Shown here in pieces: positions 15,120 through 27,100 of a stretch of DNA of 59,835 bases (within the stretch, counting starts at the first letter, position 1; every line of letters starts with the position of its first letter). The translations under genes were made by a program, and so were the position numbers. The notes under the pieces were generated by a model. That model was given only the letters and a program-made list of their open reading frames with translations, did not search any database and was not told where the DNA came from. The DNA lies in the IMG/VR virus record IMGVR_UViG_3300027754_000101, positions 1 to 59,835 of that record; one strand, given 5' to 3'. This stretch comes from a virus (taxonomy: Duplodnaviria; Caudoviricetes).

Positions 15120-18100
15120 ATGACAGAAAAAAGAGTTCAATTCAATAACATTGTTAAAAATCAACTTCCAGAATATGTAAGAGAAGAATTTCCTCTTATT
15201 TTAGAATTTTTATCGCAATATTATATTGGGCAAGAGTATCAGGGGGCCCCTGCTGATTTAATACAAAATATTGATCGTTATATAAAACTAAATGAAAATA
15301 CCAATTTTAATCAAAATATCAAATTAAACGGTAATATTTCTTTTGATGATACTACAATTAATATTGATGCAGATTTTGGAACAACAGATGATTTTCCGGA
15401 TTCTTATGGACTTTTTAAAATAAATGATGAAATAATTACGTATAAAAATAAAGACAAATATTCTTTTTTAAATTGTATAAGAGGATTTTCTGGAATAACT
15501 TCATATAAAAAAATTGGAAACCCAGAATCATTACTTTTTGAGTCTTCAATATCAGAAGAGCATAATTCTGGAGATAACGTAGAGAATTTGAGTGTTTTAT
15601 TTTTGAAAGAATTTTTAAGTAAAATAAAAAAACAATTTCTGCCAGGATTTGATGAAAGAAATTTGGTAACTAAAAAAGTACAAAGATTTCCTGGTGGACC
15701 AAGTGATGATTTTTCTTTAGATCAAAATATTTTTATTAAACAATCAAAAGATTTTTATTCATCTAAGGGAACTGACCAATCATTTAAAATTCTATTCTTA
15801 GCCCTTTATGGGGAAAATGTTGAAGTAATAAAACCAAGAGAGTTCTTATTTAGACCATCAGATGCTGGTTATAAAATAACAAATAATTTAGTTGTTGAAA
15901 GTGTATCTGGAAATCCATTTGAATTGGAAAATCTAACTCTTCGTCAGGATTCATACTTTAATATAACAAAAGCATTTTCACCAGTAACAAAAGTGGAAAA
16001 AGTAAATTCCGGAATTGGTACGATAAGTTACTATGAAATAAGTTTAGATTCTGGATATGATAGAGATATTGCAGTTGATGGTGCAATTTATGGAAAATTT
16101 TCAGTTCATCCAAAAACAAAAATAATCGGAGAAGTTTTAATAGGACAAACTTACATTGATGTAGATTCTACTCTAGGGTTTCCTTTAAGTGGAGAATTGT
16201 CTTTAACATACCCAAATGGAGAATCTGGTATTATTAATTATGAGTCAAAAACTTTCACACAATTTTCAAATTGTTCTGGGATAACAGCAACTATATCAGA
16301 TAATACTTCAATTGATATTAATACTTTTGCATATGCTTATGTTGGGATTGGAACCTCAAATTTAATAACAGTTAAAATACGATCAGTTTTAAATTCTCTA
16401 AATATAAACTATGATTCATATTATCATGCTGTCGGAGAAAAACTTAAAATAAAAACTTTAGGTATAAGTTTAAAAGATAAACTATCAAACAATTGGTATT
16501 TCAATACATCCCCATCATTTGAAGTTGAAAAAATCAATTCTCAACTTCCAGGAACTTATCGTATTATTTTATTTGATTCTCACGTATTTAGAATAGGTGA
16601 TTCAATAGAAATCAAAGGTTCTGATGGGTCAATATATAAATTGAGTATAAAAAATATTTTAAGTGATAAAGTTTTTGATTGTGATGGACAATTTAATATA
16701 AACTTAAATTCTAAATTTATTTTAAAAAGAAATAGAACAAAAGCAGTTTCAACAAAATATAATATCAATACAATTGATGCAAATGTTCAAAATGTATATA
16801 AACTTGATAATAGGATATTAGTTTCTTCTTCATCTATTCCATATTATTCAAAACCAATTAATACCCAACTATTATCATATAGTTTAAATGGTATATTTCC
16901 TGAGAGTGAAATTTTTAAAATAACAATAAATTCAGATCATGGATTATATACTGGTGATGCTGTTTATTATACTCCAGAAAAAGATGGTGATACAGTTTTA
17001 AGTTCTCTATTTGAAGAGGGGATTTATTATGTTAAAAGAATAAATCAAAATGATATTAAATTGTCTAGAAGTAGATCAAATATTTTCAATGAAATTTATG
17101 TTAGATTATCTTCGGATAAAAATGTAGTTAATAATAAACTTGAATTATTGTATTTTAAAGGAAAATCTTTAGCAAATCAAAAACTTTTGAGAGAAATTTC
17201 TCCTCCTATAAACGATGGTAATTTATATCCCACAAATCCGGGACAAACTGGAATATTGATAAATGGAGTAGAAATTTTAAATTACAAATCAATAGATTCA
17301 ATTTATTATGGAAATATTGAAAATATAAATGTTGTTGCTGGTGGAGAAGAATATGATATTATAAATCTTCCACAATTAATAATTAGAGATTCTATTGGAA
17401 TTGGTGCCACTGGATATGTGGCAGTGAAAGGAAATTTAAAAGAAATAAAAATTATAAACCAAGGATTCGATTATTTAGAAACTCCCACAATAAAAATATC
17501 TGGAGGCAACGGAAGAGATGCCACAGCAGAAGTAATATTAACTGATACGTTACATCAAGTATCATTCAACTCAGAAGAAAAGTCAGCATTAGTTAATATA
17601 TCAAATAATACTATAGGATTTTCAACATACCACAAATTTAGAAATAACGAACTATTAATTTATAAAACTTTTTCACAAAAAGCAATATCTGGATTGACAA
17701 CTGATTCAAGTTATTATGTCTCGGTCCAAAATCCAACTACGATAAAGTTGTATAAAACTTCAAATGATTCTATTTTAGGAATTAATACAGTACCTTTGAT
17801 TTCATATGGTAAAGGAAATCATACTTTTGAAGCATATAATAAGAAAAAAATAGTAAGTAAGATCACAGTAATAAATCCTGGAATAGATTATGAAAATAAA
17901 AAGAGAACTTGTTCACCTGTAGGAATTATTACATCTCTTGATTTAATACGAATTGTTGATCATGATTATAAATCCGGAGAGTTATTGACATATTCCGTTG
18001 ATGGATCAGCTGCTTCAGGAATATCAACCACAAGTCAATATTACGTTACAAGAATTGATAAAGATAGTTTTAAACTATCAAACATAGGACCATCATCAAA

Positions 18101-21100
18101 TAATCAAAGTTTTTTTTATGAAACAAAACAATATGTAAATATTGAAAGTGTTGGTCTTGGTACTCACATATTTAATTATCCTGAAATAACAGTAGAAGTA
18201 ATTGGAAATATAGGAATTTCATCAGTTTCAACTGATGAATTTAAATGTAAGGTGCAACCAATTTTTCAAGGTGAAATAACTTCTGTTCATTTGACAAATA
18301 AAGGAACACAATATGGATCTTCTGATATTATTAATTATAAAAGAGAACCAGAAATTGAAGTAACAAGTGGTTCTGGTGCAGTTTTATATCCAATTGTTGT
18401 TAATGGAAAAATTATAGAAATTTTAATTAATGATGGAGGAGATTTATATACGTCACCACCAGAACTTATAGTAGATGGGAATGGGTCAGGTTGTGTATTG
18501 ACTGCAATTTTAACTAATGGTAAAATAACATCAGTAAAAGTTGTAAGTTCTGGAATTGAATATCTTCAGAATTTAACAAGTATAAAAGTTATTTCTTCTG
18601 GATCTGGAGCAAAATTTATATCCAATATAAAATCTTGGAACGTTAATTTATTTAAAAAATATTTTGATGTTCTCAATGATGATGATGGTGTAATTTATAC
18701 TAATATTAATAAAAATTATGGATTGGAATACTGTCATTTATATGCTCCTAGAGAACTTAGGAAAACATCTTATTCTACAGATTCTTCAGGGATTCCAAAA
18801 TATTTAGAAACTGATTTACAACAACTTAATGGAATAGGGAGAGAAATTGATTCTCTCAATCATTCACCAATAATAGGGTGGGCTTATGATGGAAACCCCA
18901 TTTATGGACCTTATGGTTATATAACAAAAAAAGGTGGTAATGTTGCTAGAATGAAATCTGGATATATTTTATCTTTAGATTCCAATAGACCATTACTCCC
19001 TCCAGAGTTTTTTGTTGAGGACTTTAAATATTTTCCATCAGATGATGAAACTGTTTTAGATGAAAATAATGGAAGATTTTGCAAAACACCAGATTTTCCA
19101 AATGGTACTTATGCTTATTTTGCAACTTTTGAACCTACTTTAGATAGTGGTGGTATTTTTAATGGGTTTAGAAAACCAAAGTTTCCATATTTGATAGGAA
19201 AAAATTATTCATCAAAACCCAATTCATTTAATTTCAATCCAAATTCGAATCAAGACGAATATAATCTAAATGATAATACTTGGTTGAGGAATTCTTATTC
19301 ATATAACTTTAATAAAAAAAATAGTTATTATGAGTATATGATTTTTCCAAATAAATTGAAAGAGCAAATATCTGAAGTAAAAACAGTAGATGTTGGATCA
19401 ATTGAAGGTGTTGGTATTACATCAGGGGGAATAAATTATAAGGTTGGTGATGAATTAGTATTAGATGTAACAAATATCGGGAGTGGCGGATTTAAATCTA
19501 AAGTATCAAAAATTTCAGGAAAAGAAATAAATTCTGTCAGTGTTTCAAGTACTAGTATTACAAACGTAGAATTTTATCCTATAGGTGGAGGAGGAAATTT
19601 TATTGGATTCTCATCTTCTCCTCACAAATTAAACAATTTTGATACAATTGAAATATCTGGATTAAGCACATCAGCATCATTTGTAGAAGGGTTTTACAAA
19701 ATAGGTGTATCTACAAATAATTTTTTATTGTCGGGAATAGGAACAACGACTATAGGAATATCATCTACTGGAGTGACTGGGATAGTTACTTATATTTCAG
19801 TTAAAGGTAGTTTACTATATCCAGATGTTAGAGAAAACGATATTTTACAAATTGATCAAGAAAAAGTAAAAGTTTTAAATGTTGATGTACTTTCATCTAG
19901 AATTAGAATATTAAGAGAAATTGATGGAACAATTGGGTCTGCCCATACTTCAAATACTCCAGTATATGAAATCTCAAGAAAATTCAATGTGAATGTTGGG
20001 TATAGAACTTCTTTTTTAAACTTAAAAAATGTAGAAATTTATTTCAATCCTTTAGAATCTTTAGGACTAGGAACTATTTCTGGAGTTGGGATTGGTACAA
20101 CTATAAAATTTTCAAATCCTGGTGCCGGACTGACAGAAATTTTTATACCAACAAAAACAATTTATATTCCAAGTCATAATTTAGAAACCGGAGACAGTTT
20201 GCTTTACAATTCTAATGGTGGAAGTACTATACAGACATTCACATCTGGAATTGGAACGACTTCAATATCAAATAACACAATATTCTATGTTGCAAAAATA
20301 ACTTCAGACCTAATAGGAATATCAACAGTTAAAGTTGGTATTGGAACTACTGGAACAATTGTTGGAATTGCTTCAACTACACAAAACATAAGTACACTTC
20401 ATTTTAGTGGTATTGGTACCGGTTTTTATCATAGTTTTAAAGTAAATTACCCAGAAATTTTAACTGGAAGAATTGATAAAAATATTGTGACAGTTTCCAC
20501 TGCAGAAACACATGGACTGTCAAATAAAGACTTTGTTACTATTAAAGTAAATCCGAAAATATCAAAAACTTTTATAGTAAAATATAATGATTATAATAGA
20601 AGGACGACAATAGGATCTAAATCATTTTCATCTGCAGGAATCAATACTACTACAAATACTATAACTATTGTAAGACATAAACTTTTAGGTGGACAAAAAG
20701 TAATTCATACTGCTGATTTTCCTTCTGGTGGATTAGAAAATAATAAAATTTATTATATTAATGTGGTAGATAGAGATAATATTAGACTTTCAAACACTTT
20801 TTATGATTCAACTAGTTTAAAACCTTCAACGATTAATATAACAAGTTCATCTGATGGGTTATTATCTTTAATTAATCCCACAATAGAAGCGTATAGAAAT
20901 TCTAAATTAATTTTTGATCTTTCAGATTCTTCATTATCTCATGCTCAAGAAACTTTATCTGTTTCATCTTTTGATTTTAACTTATTTGTTGCCTCAAATT
21001 TTAATAAAAAATATGAAAAAATAGAAGACAATCTTATTACAATTCAAAAGCAAGGGATTATTGGGGTTTCTACCAATGCTCAAGTATCGGTTACTGTAAA

Positions 21101-24100
21101 TGAAAATACACCAGAATTATTATATTATAAATTAAATCCAACAAATCTCATTTCAATACCAGAAATTAAAAAAGAAATAGTAACAGATAATGAAGTATTT
21201 GGAAATAATAGTATTTTTGTTAGAGATAGTTTTTATAATGGAGATCATGAAATTTTAGTTTCAACTGGAAGCACCTTCACATATAATTTGGAGGCATATC
21301 CAGAAGAAATATCATATACAAGTGAAAATTCTGAAATAAATTATATTACAGATTCTGTAAATGTATCTGGACCAATAAATTCTGTGGATATTATCAGTGG
21401 TGGTTATAATTTTGATATTCTACCAGGAATATCTTCAATTATTACTAATAATGGTATCGGTGCGATTTTAGATTTGCAAAGTTCTTCTATTGGTGCAATT
21501 AAAAGTACACAAATAAAGAATATAGGATTTGATTATCCAACAGACTTTACTATGAGGCCAACTTTTAGAATTCCGAAAATTTTAAAATTAGAACCACTAT
21601 CTTCATTTGATAATATTGGAATTACTTCTTCTGGAATTGGATATGCTATTGCGCCAAAATTAATAGTTATTGATGGAAAAACTAAAAATAGAATAAATGA
21701 TGTAGATCTTAGATATAACGTATCTGATAGTTCAGTATCTATATTAAAAAATACAAAAGGATTATTTCAAATAATTCCAACAATTTTACCAATTCAAAAT
21801 TGTAATGGAGTTGGCATATCAAGTATATCTTACAATTCATCTACTAAAGATGTAACATTAACATTGTCTGTTGGATTTACTACAGTTTTTGGATTCCCAT
21901 TTTCAATAAATGATAAAATTATTGTAGAAGGTGTTTCTATTGGTACTGGTACTACAGCAAGAGGATATAATTCAGAAAATTATAATTATGAACTTTTTAC
22001 TATTACAAATGTAAATCCCAATTATGGTGGATTAACAGCAAATATTACGTACAATTTGAGTCAATTTTTATCAGAAGGCGAAAGTCCAGGAATTTTTGTT
22101 TCAGTGGAATCTTCGGGAGTAGTAGTACCAGAAAAATATTTTCCAATATTTAATTTAAAATTGAAGAAAAATATTTTTTATTTGGGAGAAGAAGTTACAA
22201 CTCTTTCAAATGACAATTTTGGGAAAATGTTTAGATTTGATCCAATAACAGAATATGCAATAATTGAAACTACAGATGATTTTGAAGAAGGTCAAATTTT
22301 ATTAGGAAAATCTTCTGGTGCCCAAGCACTAATAACTCAATCACAGGGATTTGAATTTGATTATAAACTAGATTCATTTTCAAAAGTTTATGGTGGATGG
22401 TCTTATGATGCTGGTATATTGAATGAAACTTCACAAAGAATTCAAGATAGTTTTTATTATCAAAATTTTTCTTATTCACTTAAATCAAAGGTAAACTATG
22501 ATGATTGGAATGACGTTGTAAGTAATTTAAATCATACTTCAGGATTTAAAAAGTTTTCAGACTATCAATTAGAATCAAATACATTGAATATCAATTCTTT
22601 AGTGGTTGGTTCAAGTGATGTTGATTTGAGAATAGATTTAGTTGGAGTTGTAGATTTGAATTGTGTTTATAATTTTGATTTAGTTTCTGAAAATGCATTA
22701 AATATAGATTCAAATATAGTATCTGACGAGATAATATTTAATAGTGTAATATTGAAAGATTACAACGAATCTATTGGAAATAGAGTATTATTATTTGACG
22801 ATATAAGTAACCAATTTAATAGTAACCCAAGACCTACTCAATATAGTGTTGTACATAGGGTTGCTGCTTCTTATGCAAGAACACAAAAATATATTATCTT
22901 TACTAAAGATGCAAGATATACAGATGAAAAAAAATTAACAGTAGCTACATTTTTAATTGATAATAATAACCTTACATATTTAAATCAATATGGAGTTGAG
23001 GGACAAGATGATTTGGGTGATTTTGATGTTACAGTAGATGGTTCAGATGTAATATTACAATTTTATCCACATAAGTTTAGTGTGAATGATTATGATACAA
23101 CATCAATATCATATAATTTAAAAGATTCTTTAACCTCTGTTGGAAGTTCTGATTTTGGGTGTGTGAGTATAGCAACTTCCAGTATTTCAGTTTCTTCCGG
23201 ATCAACTACTACAATAGTTGGAATTGCTGTTACGTACACTTCTTCTAAAATTCTAGTGGAAATAGGAACTCCAAATGGTTTATTTCAATATGATGAGTTG
23301 AATTTAGTTCATAATGGGTCAGACGTTAATTTATTGGAATTTGGTAAAATAAACAATCTTAATGATGATGAATATGTTGGTTCTGGATTGGGCACATATA
23401 ATGCATATATTTCAGGATCTAAAATTAATTTAGATTTTGCACCAAACCCTGGAATTGCAGCAACAGTTAATCTAATTAGAATTTCTATTGGTGATACTTC
23501 ATCTACAGGGATTGGAACATATCAAATGAGACATGTTCTTATTAGAGGAAGTTCTACATCAATAGCATCTTCAACTTCACCAATATCAAATGTTATTGAA
23601 ACATATGATCAAACATATGATGCAGCATATTTTATCGTTCAAGTTTCTGATGTAACAAATAACAGACATCAAATGTCTGAAGTTTTGGTCATTGACAATG
23701 AAACTTATTCACAAACATATCAAACAGAATATGCTGTTGTCGAAACTTCTTCTGGACTAGGAACCATAGGATCTACATGCTCAACTTTTACAAATTTAAC
23801 TTTTACACCCAATCCAAATATAGATGTGGTAGTTAAGGTTTATATGAATGCATTTAAATATGACGAAACCTTGCTACCAGATCAAATAAATTTTAATAAT
23901 GCAATTATTGAAACAGATTTTTCTGAATATTTTGGAACTGAAACTGATATTAAAAGGGAATTTGGATTGACATATGAAACTTATCCAGTATTTGTAAGGG
24001 ACTTTTTAGGAAATGAGAGTTCTGTAGTAAATGTTGTAGACAGTACTATTAAATTACCAAATCATTTCTTTGTTACTGGAGAAAAACTCACGTATACTTA

Positions 24101-27100
24101 TGCTGGAGTTGGTTCAACACAAGCTATTGGTATTGCTGTTACCTCAGTTATTGGTGTTGGAGTTACTGATAAACTTCCAACAACAGTTTATGTAGTTAAA
24201 ATTGATGATAAAACTATAAAATTATCTGAGAGTGCAGAAAATGCTCTCAAATTAATTCCAATCACATTTAATTTGACAAATGTTGGAATAGGAACTTCAC
24301 ATACACTGACAGCACACAATCAAAATAACAAAGTATTAATATCTTTAGATAATAATATACAATCACCAGTTGTTTCAACTTCACAAACAACATCTCTTGC
24401 TAAAGAAGTTAACTCCATTGATGATATAATTTATTTTACTGGTATAACTTCTTTCTTTGGTAGTGATTTAATTAGAATTGGAAGTGAAATTCTCAGAATT
24501 GATGGTGTTGGAATAGGAAGTACTAATGCAATAAGAGTAAAAAGATCTTGGTTAGGAACAAATTATGCTGGTTATTCTACCGGATCTTTGGTGACAAAAG
24601 TTACAGGAAATTATAACATAGTTGGAAATAATTTAAATTTTGTATCTGCACCTTACGGAAATATTCCATTATCGACATCAACAAATAGACCAGATGAAAG
24701 AGACTGGTTAGGAATATCTACTAGTTCTAAATTTCATGGAAGAATGTTCATGCGGTCTGGTGAATTAAATAATTCTAATGAAACTTATTATAGAAATTAT
24801 ATATTTGATGACATATCAGATTCTTTTACCGGAATAATATCTACTTTTACATTAAAATCATCAGGAGCAAATGTAACAGGAATATCAACAAACAACGCAA
24901 TTATATTAATAAATGAAATATTTCAAGATCCTTTTGTTATAGGTGGAGAATCAGATAATTATATCTTGTCAGAATCTCTAGGAGAAACCAATATTACATT
25001 TGTGGGATCTGCATTAACAATTGCGAATGATATAGGAATTTCTTCTTTTCCTAGAGGAGGAATGATAGTTTCTGTTGGATCTAGTAGTGGGTTTGGATAT
25101 CAACCACTAATATCAGCAGGTGGAACTTCTATTATTTCTATTGCAGGAACTGTTCAATCTATCAGTATTGGAAATACGGGATCTGGATATAGAGTTTCTA
25201 CTAATTATCAAATTTTATCAAAAACATCATCTGCTGTTGGAATTGGATCTACTATAATATTTTTACAAAATGAAAATAGTATATTTGGTATATTAAATCT
25301 TTTAAATACTGGATCAAATTGTACTATAGGTGTTGGAACTTATGTATTACCAACAAGTATAGTTTCTATTGCATCAACCTTTATTCGTATTGGAGTTGGA
25401 AGTACTAACTCATATAGTATTCCATCAGGAACTTCTGTAAGTGTGAATATTTCTAATCCTCAAATAGGAATAGTAAATGTCGGTGTTGCAAATAGTTCAG
25501 TAGGTGTTGCAACAGTTACTCATATTGGATTTGCAACTATTATTTCAGGAAGAATCTCATCATCGGTATCAATTACTAATACTGGATCTGGATATACTAC
25601 TTCAAATCCTCCTATTGTAATAATTGATGACCCAAGTTCATATTCTAATATCTCACTCAGATATAGTTCATCTTCTTCTGGATTTGGAACTGAAGCAAAA
25701 ATTGATGTTGTAGTTGGCCAAGGATCGAGTATCATAGATTTTGAAATTAAATCTACTGGATATGGATATGGACAGGGACAAATTTTAACTTTACCTATTG
25801 GTGGATTGTCTGGAATACCAACAACTTCTGGTTATATCCCTTTTGAAATAACAATAGAAAAAACAATTAATGATAAATTTTCTGGATGGAGTGTTGGAGA
25901 ATTGCAAGTTCTTGATAATTTTGATTCTTTATTCAATGGTAAAAGAAGAGTTTTTTCTTTAAAATTAGCAGGAGAGGTAATTGCTATTTTTTCTGGTCCT
26001 GGATCCAATATTAAGGTAGAATATACTTTGTTAGTCTTTATTAATAGTATTTTGCAAGTTCCAGGAGAGGGATATTTATTTAAAGGTGGTACTAATATAA
26101 TATTCACAGAGGCACCAAAAGAAGGAGACACTTCAAATATTATTTTTTATAGAGGAACTGGTGATATTGATGTAGTTGAAAGAGAAGTTTTAAGTACAGT
26201 AAAATCTGGAGACAATCTGACAATAGAATATTCAGCATCTCTTAATCAATCTCCAATTCTTCTAGAAGAAGAGAGACTTATTATTGATATTCCTAGTGTA
26301 AATATAGTTTCTACAAATTCGTATTATGGTCCAGGAAATGTTGATGATCCAGATCTTTTAAGACCAGTTAAATGGTGTAGACAAGTAGAAGATGTTTTTA
26401 TAAATTCTAAAATAGTAGGAAAGAGTAGGGATTTATATGAATCATCTATAAGTCCTTCAGCATATTTAATTAAATCTGTTGGGATGGGTGATACGGAAGT
26501 TTTTGTTGATAATATTCGTCCATTTTTTAATCCAATAAATGAATTTAATTCACTAGCTGTTGGATTAAATCCTTTATTAGATCATTTGTCTTTTCAAAAA
26601 AGTATTTTTATAATTTCACAGGATCCTAAAGTTTCTGCCTCTGCAACTGCTATTGTTTCTGCGACAGGCACAATATCATCAGTTGTGATTACAGACGGTG
26701 GAGTAGGTTATAGCACTGCCACAGTGAGTTTTGGTTCGACAGTTGGTAGCGGTACAACAACTCAGGCATTTGGATCAGTAATTGTTGGTGTAGGAGGAAC
26801 AATCACTGGAATTGCAATTACAAATCCTGGAGTTGGGTATACATCATCAAATCCACCTCAGGTTTTAATTTCTTCACCAGTTGTTACTACAGAAATTAGT
26901 GGAGTTTCTTCTTATTCAGGAGATTCTGGAGTTATTGTTGGATTTGGAACTACCACACAATCATCTACAGATAAACTTATATTTGATTTCTATATTCCAC
27001 AAGATTCTTTCTTGAGAAATACTTCTATAGTTGGAACTGCTATTACTTTAAGTTCTATTAGTGTCAATGATTACTTTACTGTTTATGATTCTAATGTTGG

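Noticed and set aside
15242-15252. GGGGCCCCTG in gp7 resembling the repeat core
   Set aside because: Only about 9 bp match, inside coding sequence, with no AAAGTGTCC-TATAGT.
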